From positions 4,949 through 68,948 of the forward strand of contig CAVEJT010000001.1 of the NCBI GenBank assembly GCA_963616135.1: DNA of 64,000 bases, given 5' to 3'. Both the position numbers and the translations under genes were made by a program. Source of the stretch: Bacteroidaceae bacterium. GTDB lineage: Bacteria; Bacillota_I; Bacilli_A; RF39; UBA660. Positions 47,578-58,545 of this stretch are shown here, one piece after another; the stretch's first letter is position 1, and the number at the start of each line of letters is the position of its first letter. Below the pieces are notes generated by a model, which searched no databases, was not told the DNA's origin, and worked only from the letters and a program-made list of their open reading frames with translations.

Positions 47578-47710
47578 CTTGTATGTGTGACGAGCGTGGA
47601 TGTGTAAGGTTGCTGATACGCCAGGTTAAGTTGTAATAAATTTAAATGGCAAATTAGGTTTTTACACGGAGCGAGTCTATACTATGATATAGACGAAGGG
47701 AGGATACAAG

Positions 47711-48019
47711 ATGTCAAAAACTAAAATCAGAATCAAATTGAAAGCATTTGAACATAAAAGTTTAGACAAAGCTTGCGCTAAAATCGTTGAAACAGTTAAG
47801 AGAAACGGTGGTACAGTAGTAGGACCAGTTCCACTACCAACCGAAGTTGAAAAAATCACTATTCTAAGAGCTGTTCATAAATATAAAGATTCGCGTGAAC
47901 AATTTGAAAGAAGAACACACAAAAGACTTATTGATATCATTGATCCAGCAAAGGAAACTATTGAAGCTTTAGCTCATTTAGATATTCCAAGTGGTGTTGA
48001 TATCAAAATAATTAAATAA
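47711..48019 (+). CDS. rpsJ: 30S ribosomal protein S10
   Basis: [14 protein letters not shown]...GPVPLPT...[20 protein letters not shown]. Confidence 0.97.
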   Translation: MSKTKIRIKLKAFEHKSLDKACAKIVETVKRNGGTVVGPVPLPTEVEKITILRAVHKYKDSREQFERRTHKRLIDIIDPAKETIEALAHLDIPSGVDIKIIK

Positions 48020-48033
48020 TAGGAGGAGAAAAT

Positions 48034-48786
48034 ATGAAAGGAATCTTAGGTCGTAAAATTGGAATGACTCAAGTGTTTACTGAATCAGGTAAATTAATTC
48101 CTGTAACTGTTGTTGAAGTTGAAAAAAATGTTGTAACTCAAATTAAAACAAAAGAAAACGATGGTTATGAAGCAATTCAATTAGGATTTGGAAATACTAG
48201 AGAAAAGTTAGCGACTAAAGCTTCTGCAGGACATTCTGCAAAAGCACAAACTACACCTAAGCGCTTCTTTAGAGAAATAAAAGGTGTAGATGTTAATTCA
48301 TATTCTCTTGGTCAAGAAATAGGTGCTGACTTATTTACTCCAGGAGAAGTTGTTGATGTAACTGGAACTACTAAAGGAAAAGGGTTCCAAGGAGTTATCA
48401 AAAGACATGGACAATCAAGAGGACCTATGGGACATGGTTCACACTATCATAGAAGACCAGGTTCAATGGGTACAATGAGACCAATGCGTGTTTTCAAAGG
48501 TAAAAAACTAGCAGGACATATGGGAACTCTTACAGTAACTATTCAAAATCTTGAAGTTGTTGCTGTAGACACTGAAAATAATGTAATATTAATAAGTGGT
48601 AATATACCAGGACCAAAGAAAGGTTTAGTAATTATCAAGAGTGCTGTTAAAGCAAATGGAAAAGTAAACGAAATGGAAAACTTAATTTCATATGAAGTTG
48701 AAGAACCAGTTGTTGAGGCAGTAACTGAAGCACCAGTGGTTGAAGAAACTGTTGAACAAACAGAAACTACTAAGGAAGAAAATTAG
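48034..48786 (+). CDS. rplC: 50S ribosomal protein L3 (with ~40-aa acidic C-terminal tail)
   Basis: [27 protein letters not shown]. Operon position. Confidence 0.96.
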   Translation: MKGILGRKIGMTQVFTESGKLIPVTVVEVEKNVVTQIKTKENDGYEAIQLGFGNTREKLATKASAGHSAKAQTTPKRFFREIKGVDVNSYSLGQEIGADLFTPGEVVDVTGTTKGKGFQGVIKRHGQSRGPMGHGSHYHRRPGSMGTMRPMRVFKGKKLAGHMGTLTVTIQNLEVVAVDTENNVILISGNIPGPKKGLVIIKSAVKANGKVNEMENLISYEVEEPVVEAVTEAPVVEETVEQTETTKEEN

Positions 48787-48803
48787 TAGGGAGGATACAT
48801 AAT

Positions 48804-49427
48804 ATGAGTAAAATAAATGTATTAAATATAAATGGTGAAAAAATAAAAGATATTACATTAAGCAAAGAAGTATTTGGTATAGTTCCAAATGATGCAGTAT
48901 TATATGATGCTATTAAATTAGCACAAAATAATGCTCGTCAAGCAACAAAAGGTGTTAAAGGACGTTCAGATGTTTCTGGAGGTGGAAGAAAACCTTGGAG
49001 ACAAAAAGGAACAGGACGTGCTCGTCAAGGTTCAACAAGAGCACCACATTGGTATCATGGTGGTTGGGCATTTGGTAACCAATCAAGAAACTATGAAGTT
49101 AAACAAAATAGAAAAGAAAGAGCTTTAGCACTTAAATCTGCTTTAGCTTACAAAGTTATTAATAAAGAATTAGTTGTTGTTGATGAATTTAAATTAGAAA
49201 CAGCTAAAACAAAAGATGTTAAGAACTTATTAAATAATTTTAAAGTTGAAAGAAACGTATTAATAATTGTTTCAGAATTAAATGATAATTTAATTTTAGC
49301 AACTCGTAATTTAAATAATGTATTATTATTACAAGTTGATGAAATCAATGTATTAGATTTAGTTTCTGCTAACTTAGTAATAGTAGAAGAATCTGCTATT
49401 AAGAAAATAGAGGAGGCTTTAGTATAA
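48804..49427 (+). CDS. rplD: 50S ribosomal protein L4
   Basis: SGGGRKPWRQKGTGRARQGS. Confidence 0.96.
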   Translation: MSKINVLNINGEKIKDITLSKEVFGIVPNDAVLYDAIKLAQNNARQATKGVKGRSDVSGGGRKPWRQKGTGRARQGSTRAPHWYHGGWAFGNQSRNYEVKQNRKERALALKSALAYKVINKELVVVDEFKLETAKTKDVKNLLNNFKVERNVLIIVSELNDNLILATRNLNNVLLLQVDEINVLDLVSANLVIVEESAIKKIEEALV

Positions 49428-49708
49428 TGAATAATTATAGAGAAATTATAAAAGCTCCGATTATTACTGAAAAGACTGCATCTTTAAGTGAAAATGGAAA
49501 CGTTATTACTTTCAGTGTAGATCCAAAAGCAAATAAAACACAAATTAAACAAGCTGTAGAAAAATTATTCAACGTTAAAGTTGAAAGTGTTAATACAATA
49601 AATGTTCATCCAAGAAAGAAAAGAGTTGGACGTTATAGTGGATTAACTAATAGAAAGAAAAAAGCTATAGTTAAATTAAAAGAAGGAAGTTCTATAGAAC
49701 TAAACTAA
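49427..49708 (+). CDS. rplW: 50S ribosomal protein L23
   Basis: IIKAPIITEKT...KTQIKQAVEKLFNVKV. Confidence 0.95.
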   Translation: MNNYREIIKAPIITEKTASLSENGNVITFSVDPKANKTQIKQAVEKLFNVKVESVNTINVHPRKKRVGRYSGLTNRKKKAIVKLKEGSSIELN

Positions 49709-49726
49709 TCTAAGGGAGGAAATACA

Positions 49727-50557
49727 ATGGCAATCAAAAGTTATAAATCAACAACTAATGGTAGACGTGGTATGACTACTTTAGATAATAGTGAATTAAC
49801 TAAAGTAGCACCAGAGAAATCACTTCTTGTTACATTAAAGAAAAATGGTGGACGTAATAATCAAGGTAAAATAACTGTTCGTCATCAAGGCGGAGGAGCT
49901 AAGAGAAAGTATCGTATTATAGATTTCAAAAGAACTAAAGATGGAGTAGTTGGTACTGTTTCATCAATAGAATACGATCCAAATAGATCATCTAATATTG
50001 CGTTAATTAAATATGCAGATGGAGAAAAAACTTATATAATTGCTCCAAAAGGATTAAAAGTTGGAGATAAAATTGAAAGTGGAGAATCTGCAGATATAAA
50101 AGTAGGTAACTGTTTACCACTAGCAAATATACCAGAAGGAACTTTAGTTCACTGTGTTGAACTTAAAGCTGGTAAAGGAGCACAAATGGCTCGTTCAGCA
50201 GGATCAAGTGTTCAAATACTTGGTTTTGAAGGAAGATATGCATTACTTCGTTTAACAAGTGGAGAAGTTCGTAAAGTTTTAAGTACTTGCCGCGCTGTTA
50301 TAGGTGAAGTAGGAAATGAAGATCATGAATTAGTAAATTTAGGTAAAGCTGGTCGTAAGAGACATATGGGTATTCGCCCAACAGTTCGTGGATCAGTTAT
50401 GAACCCTAATGATCACCCTCATGGTGGTGGTGAAGGTAGAGCTCCAATCGGACATAAAGGACCTCTTACACCTTGGGGTAAACCTGCACTTGGTTATAAA
50501 ACTCGTAAAGGTAAAAAACAATCAGATGACTTAATAGTACATCGCCGTAAAAAATAG
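49727..50557 (+). CDS. rplB: 50S ribosomal protein L2
   Basis: [28 protein letters not shown]. Confidence 0.97.
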   Translation: MAIKSYKSTTNGRRGMTTLDNSELTKVAPEKSLLVTLKKNGGRNNQGKITVRHQGGGAKRKYRIIDFKRTKDGVVGTVSSIEYDPNRSSNIALIKYADGEKTYIIAPKGLKVGDKIESGESADIKVGNCLPLANIPEGTLVHCVELKAGKGAQMARSAGSSVQILGFEGRYALLRLTSGEVRKVLSTCRAVIGEVGNEDHELVNLGKAGRKRHMGIRPTVRGSVMNPNDHPHGGGEGRAPIGHKGPLTPWGKPALGYKTRKGKKQSDDLIVHRRKK

Positions 50558-50573
50558 GAAAGGATGGTAGACA

Positions 50574-50846
50574 ATGGGTAGAAGTTTAAAAAAAGGACCT
50601 TTTGCTGATGAAAGTTTAATGGCAAAAGTAAAGAAAGTAAATGAAGCTAGTAAAAAAGAAGTTATAAAGACTTGGTCACGCCGTTCAACAATATTTCCTG
50701 AATTTATAGGTAACACATTCGCTGTTCATAACGGAAAAGAATTTGTTCCAGTTTATGTTACTGAAGATATGGTAGGACATAAATTAGGAGAATTTGTGGC
50801 TACTCGTAAATTTGGTGGTCATGGCGATGACAAAATAAAGAAATAA
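50574..50846 (+). CDS. rpsS: 30S ribosomal protein S19
   Basis: GRSLKKGPF...[22 protein letters not shown]. Confidence 0.97.
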   Translation: MGRSLKKGPFADESLMAKVKKVNEASKKEVIKTWSRRSTIFPEFIGNTFAVHNGKEFVPVYVTEDMVGHKLGEFVATRKFGGHGDDKIKK

Positions 50847-50868
50847 AACCTAGGAAGGAAGGAATATA

Positions 50869-51204
50869 ATGGAAGCAAGAGCAATCGCAAAGGGACTTAG
50901 AATCCCTCCACGTAAAGCACGTCTAATAATTGATTTAGTTCGTGGTAAAGATGTGGTAGAAGCAGATAGAATTTGTAGAAATTACAATAGTGAAGCTGCT
51001 AGATTAACTTTAAAAGTGTTAACTTCAGCTGTAGCAAATGCGGAGAACAACTTAGGTTTAGATAAAACTAAATTATATGTTAAGGAAGCATATGTTGACG
51101 AAGGACAAACATTAAAAAGAATGAATTTTGGTTCTCGTGGACACGTAGATCCAATTAAAAAGAGAACAAGTCATATTACAATTGTTGTAAGTGAAAAAAA
51201 CTAA
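50869..51204 (+). CDS. rplV: 50S ribosomal protein L22
   Basis: RIPPRKARLIIDLVRGK...RGHVDPIKKRTSHITIVV. Confidence 0.96.
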   Translation: MEARAIAKGLRIPPRKARLIIDLVRGKDVVEADRICRNYNSEAARLTLKVLTSAVANAENNLGLDKTKLYVKEAYVDEGQTLKRMNFGSRGHVDPIKKRTSHITIVVSEKN

Positions 51205-51222
51205 GGTAAAGGAGGAAAACTT

Positions 51223-51900
51223 GTGGGTCAAAAAGTTAGTCCAGTCGGACTTAGAATAGGCGTTAACAAATCTTGGCAATCAACTTGGTATGCAGAAGGA
51301 AAAGAAAATGCTAAATACCTAAAAAATGATGATAAGATTCGTAAGATGTTAGAGAAAAAACTAAAAGACGCATCAGTTTCAAGTATTCTTATTGAAAGAG
51401 ACACTAAGAAGACTAATGTTGTTATAAATACAGCTAAACCTGGAGTAGTTATTGGACATGGTGGAGATGAAATAGAAAAAATAAAGAATGAATTAACTAA
51501 ATTAGTTAATGAAAATATTCAAATCTCTATTAAAGAAGTTAAAAATCCAGATTTAGATGCTGCACTAGTTGCAGAAAATATTGCACGCCAAATAGAAGGT
51601 CGTGTATCATTTAGAATTGCTCAAAAGAGAGCAATAAGAAATACTATGAAAGCAGGAGCAAAAGGTATAACAACTTCTGTATCAGGACGTTTAGGAGGAG
51701 CTGATATGGCTCGTACTGAAGGTTATACAGAAGGTAGTGTTCCTCGTCATACTTTAAGATCTGATATTGATTATGCTTGGAAAGAAGCTAATACAACTTA
51801 TGGTAAAATAGGTGTTAAAGTATGGATTTGCAAAGGTGAAATACTTCCTGCTAAAAATAAGGGAGGTAATCAAGATGGCAGTAATTCCAAAAAGAACTAA
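51223..51900 (+). CDS. rpsC: 30S ribosomal protein S3 (GTG start)
   Basis: [14 protein letters not shown] domain, [12 protein letters not shown]. Confidence 0.96.
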   Translation: MGQKVSPVGLRIGVNKSWQSTWYAEGKENAKYLKNDDKIRKMLEKKLKDASVSSILIERDTKKTNVVINTAKPGVVIGHGGDEIEKIKNELTKLVNENIQISIKEVKNPDLDAALVAENIARQIEGRVSFRIAQKRAIRNTMKAGAKGITTSVSGRLGGADMARTEGYTEGSVPRHTLRSDIDYAWKEANTTYGKIGVKVWICKGEILPAKNKGGNQDGSNSKKN

Positions 51901-52303
51901 ACATCGTTGCGTACATAGACTTCCTTATGATGGAAAAGCAAAAGGAAATACTAAATTAAGCTTTGGTGAATATGGTTTAATGGCAATGGAAGGTGCTTGG
52001 ATTACAGATAGACAAATAGAAGCAGCCAGAGTTGCTATGACTCGTTATATGAAGCGTGGAGGAAAAGTTTGGATAAACATATTCCCACACTTATCATTAA
52101 CTAAAAAACCACTTGAAACTCGTCAAGGTAAAGGTAAAGGTTCTCATGATGCATGGGTTGCAGTAGTTAAAGAAGGAAAAATTATGTTTGAAATAGGACA
52201 AGTAAGTGAAGAAGTTGCTCGTGAAGCATTAAGACTTGCTATGCATAAATTACCTATCAAATGTAAATTTGTAAAGAAAGAAAGCGGTGATTCTAATGAC
52301 TAA
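51875..52303 (+). CDS. rplP: 50S ribosomal protein L16
   Basis: [11 protein letters not shown] after [20 protein letters not shown]. The track ORF start at 51812 lies inside rpsC. Confidence 0.96.
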   Translation: MAVIPKRTKHRCVHRLPYDGKAKGNTKLSFGEYGLMAMEGAWITDRQIEAARVAMTRYMKRGGKVWINIFPHLSLTKKPLETRQGKGKGSHDAWVAVVKEGKIMFEIGQVSEEVAREALRLAMHKLPIKCKFVKKESGDSND

Positions 52304-52490
52304 TAAAGAAATAAGAGAAATGTCTAATGAAGAAATACTTTCAAAAATAGAAGAATCAAAAGAAGAATTATTTAACTTACGTTTTCAACAAGCTACAGGA
52401 TCTTTAGAGAAACCTTCAAGAATTAATGAACTAAGAAAATTAGTTGCACGTATGAAAACAATCTTACGTGAAAGAGAATTAACTAAATAA
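52296..52490 (+). CDS. rpmC: 50S ribosomal protein L29
   Basis: [12 protein letters not shown]...ELFNLRFQ. Confidence 0.93.
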   Translation: MTNKEIREMSNEEILSKIEESKEELFNLRFQQATGSLEKPSRINELRKLVARMKTILRERELTK

Positions 52491-52501
52491 TAGGAGGAAT
52501 T

Positions 52502-52762
52502 ATGAAAGAAAAAAGAACTCAAAAGTTAGTTGGAACTGTTGTAAGTGATGTTAATGATAAAACTATTACAGTTTTAGTTGAAACATACAAAAATGATAAA
52601 TTATATCATAAAAGAGTTAAATATTCAAAAAAATATACTGCACATGATGAAAAAAATATAGCTAAAAAAGGAGATAAAGTTCTTATAGCTGAAACAAGAC
52701 CATTATCAAAAACTAAACATTTCCGTTTAGTAGAAGTTGTAGAAAAAGCAATTATATTATAA
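52502..52762 (+). CDS. rpsQ: 30S ribosomal protein S17
   Basis: [20 protein letters not shown]...[22 protein letters not shown]. Confidence 0.95.
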   Translation: MKEKRTQKLVGTVVSDVNDKTITVLVETYKNDKLYHKRVKYSKKYTAHDEKNIAKKGDKVLIAETRPLSKTKHFRLVEVVEKAIIL

Positions 52763-52787
52763 TTGAACGAGTGAAGGAGGATAATAT

Positions 52788-53156
52788 ATGATTCAACAAG
52801 AAAGCCGTTTAAAGGTAGCTGACAACTCAGGAGCAAGAGAATTATCTGTAATTCGTGTTCTTGGTGGGTCAAAAGTTAAAACTGGTAATATTGGAGATAT
52901 AGTAGTTGCTACTGTTAAAAAAGCAACACCTAACGGAACTGTTGGAAAAAGTAAAGTTGTTAAAGCAGTTGTTGTTAGAAGTAAATTTGGTCTAAGAAGA
53001 GAAGATGGATCATACATCAAATTTGATGATAACGCAGCAGTTATAATCAAAGATGATAAGAGTCCAGTTGGAACTCGTGTATTTGGACCAGTAGCACGTG
53101 AATTGCGTGAATTAGGATTTAGTAAGATTATATCACTTGCTAAAGAAGTGTTATAG
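52788..53156 (+). CDS. rplN: 50S ribosomal protein L14
   Basis: [18 protein letters not shown]. Confidence 0.97.
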   Translation: MIQQESRLKVADNSGARELSVIRVLGGSKVKTGNIGDIVVATVKKATPNGTVGKSKVVKAVVVRSKFGLRREDGSYIKFDDNAAVIIKDDKSPVGTRVFGPVARELRELGFSKIISLAKEVL

Positions 53157-53174
53157 AGTTTGGAGGCAGAAAAC

Positions 53175-53483
53175 ATGAACTTTAAAACTGGAGATAAAGT
53201 AATTGTCATTTCTGGTAAGGACAAAGGTAAAGAAGGAAAAATTACTCACGTATTACGTGCAGAGAACAGAGTAGTTGTAGAAGGTGTTAATATTGTAAAA
53301 AAACATCTAAAAGGAAATGGTCAAACTGCTGGTTCTATTACAGAAGTAGAAGCACCTATTCATGCTTCTAATGTAATGATAAAAGATCCTAAAACTAATA
53401 AACCTACTAGAATAGGACATAGTGTAAATAAAGACGGTAAGAAAATTAGAGTAACAAAAAAATCTAATTCAAGTCTTGATTAA
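53175..53483 (+). CDS. rplX: 50S ribosomal protein L24
   Basis: [21 protein letters not shown] (KOW motif). ATG 53175 preferred over 53160. Confidence 0.93.
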   Translation: MNFKTGDKVIVISGKDKGKEGKITHVLRAENRVVVEGVNIVKKHLKGNGQTAGSITEVEAPIHASNVMIKDPKTNKPTRIGHSVNKDGKKIRVTKKSNSSLD

Positions 53484-53500
53484 TTGGAAGGAGGGTATAT

Positions 53501-54040
53501 ATGAACCGCCTAAAAGAAATGTATGATAAGACAATCGTATCCGATTTAATGAGTAAACATAATTATAAAAATATTATGGAAGTACCTAAATTAGAAAAAA
53601 TTGTAGTTAATATTGGTTGTGGAGATGCTACTACTAATTCTAAATTATTAGAAGGAGCAATGAGAGACTTAGAGATTATTACAGGTCAAAAACCAGTTGC
53701 TACAAAAGCTAAAAAATCAATAGCAGGATTTAAAATAAGAGAAGGTCAAGCTATTGGATGTAAAGTTACTTTACGTGGGGAAAATATGTATAACTTCTTA
53801 GATAAATTAATTAGTATTACATTACCTCGTGTAAGAGATTTTAGAGGTATATCTAATAAAGCATTTGATGGTAGAGGAAACTATACATTGGGATTAACTG
53901 AACAATTAATATTCCCAGAAATCGAATATGATGATGTTGTTAAAGTACGTGGTATGGATATAGTTTTTGTAACAAGTGCAAAAACTAATGCTGAAGCGTT
54001 AGATCTCTTAAAAGGTTTCGGAATGCCATTTAAGAAATAA
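53501..54040 (+). CDS. rplE: 50S ribosomal protein L5
   Basis: [10 protein letters not shown]...[12 protein letters not shown]...[16 protein letters not shown]. Confidence 0.96.
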   Translation: MNRLKEMYDKTIVSDLMSKHNYKNIMEVPKLEKIVVNIGCGDATTNSKLLEGAMRDLEIITGQKPVATKAKKSIAGFKIREGQAIGCKVTLRGENMYNFLDKLISITLPRVRDFRGISNKAFDGRGNYTLGLTEQLIFPEIEYDDVVKVRGMDIVFVTSAKTNAEALDLLKGFGMPFKK

Positions 54041-54057
54041 TTACTTAGGAGGAAAAT

Positions 54058-54243
54058 ATGGCTAAGAAAAGTATGAAAATTAAAGCTAGTCGCGAACCTA
54101 AATTTGAAGTACGTAGATATACTCGTTGCAGTCGTTGTGGAAGACCACATGCTGTACTTAAAAAATACGGAATTTGTAGAATTTGTTTCCGTGAGTTAGC
54201 TTATAAAGGACAAATACCAGGAATGAAGAAATCAAGCTGGTAA
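54058..54243 (+). CDS. rpsZ: 30S ribosomal protein S14 type Z (zinc-binding)
   Basis: 61 aa. [23 protein letters not shown]. Confidence 0.95.
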   Translation: MAKKSMKIKASREPKFEVRRYTRCSRCGRPHAVLKKYGICRICFRELAYKGQIPGMKKSSW

Positions 54244-54259
54244 AAAGAAGGAGGATATT

Positions 54260-54652
54260 ATGGTAACAGATCCAATCGCAGATATGCTTACTCGTATACG
54301 TAATGCAAATCAAATGCGATATAAAGAAGTTGAAGTACCCGCTTCAAAAATGAAAAATGAAATTGCTAGAATATTAAAATCTACAGGTTTTATAGTAGAC
54401 TATAAAATAAAGAAAAGTAATATTCAAGATATCCTTGTTTTATCTTTAAAATATGTGGACAAGGAACGTGTAATTACTGGTCTTAAAAGAATTTCTAAAC
54501 CAGGATTACGTGTATATGTAAAAGCTGAAGAAGTTCCTACTGTTTTAAATGGATTAGGTATAGCAATTATCTCAACATCAAAAGGTGTTATGACAGATAA
54601 AGAAGCTAGAGCTAACTCATTAGGTGGAGAAGTATTAGCTTACATTTGGTAG
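54260..54652 (+). CDS. rpsH: 30S ribosomal protein S8
   Basis: [24 protein letters not shown]. Confidence 0.96.
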   Translation: MVTDPIADMLTRIRNANQMRYKEVEVPASKMKNEIARILKSTGFIVDYKIKKSNIQDILVLSLKYVDKERVITGLKRISKPGLRVYVKAEEVPTVLNGLGIAIISTSKGVMTDKEARANSLGGEVLAYIW

Positions 54653-54667
54653 AAAGGAAGGAATCTT

Positions 54668-55201
54668 ATGAGTCGAGTTGGAAATAGAAAATTAGAAATA
54701 CCAACTGGTGTAACTGTTACAGTTAATGGAAATACAGTTTCAGTAAAAGGACCAAAAGGAGAACTTTCTACTGAAATAAATGAAAACATTACTGTTAATA
54801 TTAATGAAAATGAAATAACTTTAACTAGAAAAAATGATAATTTTAAAAATTTTCATGGAACAGCAAATGCTAATATCAGAAACATGATTATTGGTGTAAC
54901 TGAAGGATTTGAGAAAAAACTTGAATCTGTAGGTGTAGGTTATCGTTTTCAATTAAAAGGTGCAGAATTAGTTGTAACAGCTGGTTATTCACATCCAGTA
55001 GTAGTTGCTATTCCTGAGGGATTAAAATTAGAAGTTCCAAGTAATACGGAATTATTTGTAAGAGGAATAGATAAACAATTAGTTGGTGAGTTTGCAGCTA
55101 ATGTAAGAAAAATAAGAAAACCTGAACCATATAAAGGAAAAGGTATTCGTTATGCTGACGAACATATTCGTCGTAAAGAAGGAAAGAAAGCTTCTAAATA
55201 A
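54668..55201 (+). CDS. rplF: 50S ribosomal protein L6
   Basis: [26 protein letters not shown]. Confidence 0.96.
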   Translation: MSRVGNRKLEIPTGVTVTVNGNTVSVKGPKGELSTEINENITVNINENEITLTRKNDNFKNFHGTANANIRNMIIGVTEGFEKKLESVGVGYRFQLKGAELVVTAGYSHPVVVAIPEGLKLEVPSNTELFVRGIDKQLVGEFAANVRKIRKPEPYKGKGIRYADEHIRRKEGKKASK

Positions 55202-55224
55202 TTAAGAGTAAAGGAGAGAGAGTT

Positions 55225-55587
55225 ATGATCAATAAAATAGACCGTAATAAAGCACGTGAGGCAAGACATGCTCGTGTTAGAAATAAAATAATAGGTACAC
55301 CAACTGTTCCTAGATTAAATGTATTTAGATCAAACAACAATATTTTTGCTCAAATCATTGATGATGAAGCTTCTAAAACTTTAGTAAGTGCATCTTCTAT
55401 AGATAAAGAGTTAAAGTTAAAAAACGGTGGAAACATCGAAGCTGCTGAAAAAGTAGGAGAGTTACTTGCTAAAAGAGCTAAAAAAGCAAAAATAACAAAG
55501 GTAGTTTTCGATAGAGGTGGATACCTTTATCATGGACGTGTAAAAGCACTTGCTGATTCTGCACGTGAAAACGGATTAGAATTCTAA
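55225..55587 (+). CDS. rplR: 50S ribosomal protein L18
   Basis: [11 protein letters not shown]...[43 protein letters not shown]. Confidence 0.96.
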   Translation: MINKIDRNKAREARHARVRNKIIGTPTVPRLNVFRSNNNIFAQIIDDEASKTLVSASSIDKELKLKNGGNIEAAEKVGELLAKRAKKAKITKVVFDRGGYLYHGRVKALADSARENGLEF

Positions 55588-55597
55588 TAGGAGGGTA

Positions 55598-56191
55598 ATG
55601 ATGGAAAAAGAAATCGAAAAAGTAGAAGAAGTTAAATCTACTAAAAAAGTAGAAAAAACTGAAAGAAAACCTCGTCAATCAAAAGAAAAACGTCAACCAA
55701 GACAAAGACAACAAAAGCTTTATGAAGAAGAAGTAATTTCTATTGGACGTGTTACAAAAGTAACAAAAGGTGGACGTCATTTCCGCTTCTCAGCAGTTGT
55801 AGTTGTTGGTGATAGAAAAGGTAAAGTTGGACTTGGTACTGGAAAATCAAATGAAGTTCCAGATGCTATTAAAAAAGCAAGTCAAGCTGCACAAAAAAAT
55901 ATAGTTAAAGTTTCAATAGTTGAAGAGCGTACAATACCACATGAAGCAATTGGTGTATGTGGAGCGAGTCGCGTTATGTTAAAACCTGCTAACAAAGGTA
56001 CTGGAGTTAAAGCTGGTGGACCAGTTAGATCAGTATTAGAAATGGCAGGAGTTAAAGATATTTTATCTAAATCTTTAGGTTCAAGTACAAAAGTTAATAT
56101 GGCTTATGCAACACTTGAAGCATTAAAATCACAAAGAACAATTGAAGAAGTAGCTCGCCTACGTGGAAAAAAAGTAGAGGAGATAAGATAA
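55598..56191 (+). CDS. rpsE: 30S ribosomal protein S5 (with Lys/Glu/Gln-rich N-terminal extension)
   Basis: [34 protein letters not shown]. Confidence 0.95.
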   Translation: MMEKEIEKVEEVKSTKKVEKTERKPRQSKEKRQPRQRQQKLYEEEVISIGRVTKVTKGGRHFRFSAVVVVGDRKGKVGLGTGKSNEVPDAIKKASQAAQKNIVKVSIVEERTIPHEAIGVCGASRVMLKPANKGTGVKAGGPVRSVLEMAGVKDILSKSLGSSTKVNMAYATLEALKSQRTIEEVARLRGKKVEEIR

Positions 56192-56192
56192 T

Positions 56193-56636
56193 ATGAAACT
56201 ACATGAATTAAAACCTAGTGAAGGTGCTTTTAAAACTAGTAAGAGATTAGGTCGTGGAGTTGCATCAGGACATGGTAAAACTAGTGGAAAAGGACATAAA
56301 GGACAAAATGCTAGAAGTGGTGGAGGAGTAAGACCTGGATTTGAAGGTGGACAATTACCATTATTTAGACGTTTACCAAAAAGAGGTTTCTCTAATGCTA
56401 TGTTTAAAAAAGAATATGCAACAATTAATGTTAGTGATTTAGATAAATTTGAAGATGGAGCAGTAGTTACTCCAGAATTATTAAAAGAAATGGGAATTTT
56501 GAAGAAACAACTTTCAGGAGTTAAAGTTTTAGGAAATGGTGAATTAACTAAAAAGTTAACTGTTAAAGCTCACAAATTCTCAAACTCAGCAATAGAAAAA
56601 ATAGAATCAAAAGGTGGAAAAGCTGAGGTGATTTAA
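56193..56636 (+). CDS. rplO: 50S ribosomal protein L15
   Basis: [12 protein letters not shown]...[23 protein letters not shown]. Starts 1 nt after the rpsE stop. Confidence 0.96.
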   Translation: MKLHELKPSEGAFKTSKRLGRGVASGHGKTSGKGHKGQNARSGGGVRPGFEGGQLPLFRRLPKRGFSNAMFKKEYATINVSDLDKFEDGAVVTPELLKEMGILKKQLSGVKVLGNGELTKKLTVKAHKFSNSAIEKIESKGGKAEVI

Positions 56637-56637
56637 T

Positions 56638-57891
56638 ATGTTTGCAAACATTAAGCAAATATTTAATTCAAAGAATAAAGATATTTTAAAAAGAGTATTA
56701 TTTACCTTAGCTGCCTTATTTGTATTTAAAATTGGAACTTCAATAATAGTTCCAGGAGTTAAAGTTAATACTTCAGGAATGTCATTTCTAGAAGTTATTA
56801 ATGCAATGAGTGGTGGAGCATTTACAAAAGCAAGTATATTTGCTTTAGGTGTAACACCATATATTACCGCGCAAATAATAATTCAATTGTTAAGTGCTGA
56901 TATAGTACCTTATCTTTCTGAATTAGCTAAACAAGGTGGTGTAGGTAGAAAAAAATTAGATCAAATAACTAGAATAGCAGGTATAGCACTTGCATTTATT
57001 CAAGGTTATTTATATTCCTATGCATACATAGGAAATGGTAATCCAATGGATTATATGTTATATTCACTTATTTTAACAGCAGGAACAGCATTCTTAATGT
57101 GGATAGCTGATCAAATAACTGTTAAAGGAATTGGAAATGGTATGTCACTTATAATAATGGCTGGTATTCTTACAGTTATACCTAGTATGTTTAAAAACTT
57201 ATGGGTAGAATTATTTGCTAAAGGATTTATTGGTATTGTTATATTTGCAGCTTTTGTATTAGTTTTCTTAGCTATAATAGTAGGTGTTATTTATGTTGAA
57301 TCAGCAGAAAGAAGAATACCTATTCAATATGCTAATAAATCAACTAGTATGGCTGGTGGACAAAATTACATTCCATTTAAACTAAATAGTGCAGGAGTTA
57401 TGCCAGTAATATTTGCATCAGCACTTTTATCAATTCCTCAGATAATAGCATCTGTAGTAAAAAAAGAAAGTTTTACATTATTTGTAAATAACTATCTTAC
57501 TTATACAAATGGTGTTGGTTTAATTCTATATGTATTATTGATTTTAGCATTTGCTTACTTTTATACATTTATGCAATTAAAACCATCTGAATTATCAGAA
57601 AACTTAAGTAAAAATGGTGGATATATTCCAGGTATAAGACCAGGAAAAGAAACTGTTGAATATGTTAAGACAGTGTTAAAAAGAATAACAATTGTAGGAG
57701 CTGTATTCTTAACAGTTCTAGCCATTCTTCCAATTGTATTTGACAAAGTTTCTAACTTAACTACATCTATTACGATTAGTGGTACAGGACTATTGATTGT
57801 TGTAGGAGTAGCACTTGAGACATTTAAACAATTAGAAAGTCAGTTAGCAAACCGTACATATACTAGAGGAAGAAGGGGAAGAAGAAAATAA
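56638..57891 (+). CDS. secY: Preprotein translocase subunit SecY
   Basis: 417 aa, 10 TM segments. GVTPYITAQIIIQLL, GGYIPGIRPGKET. Confidence 0.96.
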   Translation: MFANIKQIFNSKNKDILKRVLFTLAALFVFKIGTSIIVPGVKVNTSGMSFLEVINAMSGGAFTKASIFALGVTPYITAQIIIQLLSADIVPYLSELAKQGGVGRKKLDQITRIAGIALAFIQGYLYSYAYIGNGNPMDYMLYSLILTAGTAFLMWIADQITVKGIGNGMSLIIMAGILTVIPSMFKNLWVELFAKGFIGIVIFAAFVLVFLAIIVGVIYVESAERRIPIQYANKSTSMAGGQNYIPFKLNSAGVMPVIFASALLSIPQIIASVVKKESFTLFVNNYLTYTNGVGLILYVLLILAFAYFYTFMQLKPSELSENLSKNGGYIPGIRPGKETVEYVKTVLKRITIVGAVFLTVLAILPIVFDKVSNLTTSITISGTGLLIVVGVALETFKQLESQLANRTYTRGRRGRRK

Positions 57892-58544
57892 TGAAAAATA
57901 TTATATTAATAGCTGCTCCAGCTGCTGGAAAAGGTACTGAAGCAGTAAGACTTAAAGAAGAATTTAATATGCCTCATATATCAACTGGTGACTTGCTTAG
58001 AGCAGCTGTTGCTAAAGGAGATAAAAGAGGTGAAGAAATTAATGAACTTATTTCAAATGGTAAGTTTGTTAGCGATGATATAGTATTAGATCTTCTTAAA
58101 GAAAGAATATTACAATCAGACTGTGATAATGGATATATTTTAGATGGATTTCCAAGAAATGTATCCCAAGCAGAAGCTTATGATAAAATTTTAAAAGAAA
58201 TAAATAGAAATGTAGGTATAGTATTAGTTTTAGATATTGATAAGGAAATTGCAAAATCACGTATAAGTGGTAGATGGTCTTGTCCACAATGTGGAAGAGT
58301 TTACAATATTAATAATGTTGAGTTAAAACCTAAAAATGATGGCCTATGTGATGATTGCAATGTAAATCTAACTCATAGATCAGATGATAATCCTGATACA
58401 TATGAGGAAAGATATGATGCATATCTAGAAAAGACTGAACCATTAATTTCATATTATGATAAATTAGGAATTGTTTATCATGTAGATTCTGGTGTTTCGT
58501 CAGAAGAAACTCACAGACAAGTTGTAAGAATATTAGGAGAGTAA
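57891..58544 (+). CDS. adk: Adenylate kinase (Zn-lid type)
   Basis: P-loop APAAGKGT, GYILDGFPRN, lid CPQCGRVY...CDDC. Confidence 0.95.
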   Translation: MKNIILIAAPAAGKGTEAVRLKEEFNMPHISTGDLLRAAVAKGDKRGEEINELISNGKFVSDDIVLDLLKERILQSDCDNGYILDGFPRNVSQAEAYDKILKEINRNVGIVLVLDIDKEIAKSRISGRWSCPQCGRVYNINNVELKPKNDGLCDDCNVNLTHRSDDNPDTYEERYDAYLEKTEPLISYYDKLGIVYHVDSGVSSEETHRQVVRILGE

Positions 58545-58545
58545 T

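Noticed and set aside
48931-49128. Alternative-frame ORF inside rplD, and other nested ORFs in ribosomal genes (47677-47859, 49148-49348, 50531-50716, 52606-52872, 52793-53224, 53881-54150, 55478-55678, 57561-57746, 58096-58287, 61018-61239)
   Set aside because: All are embedded in or antisense to strongly supported ribosomal, secY, adk or rpoA frames. They show no independent translation signals.
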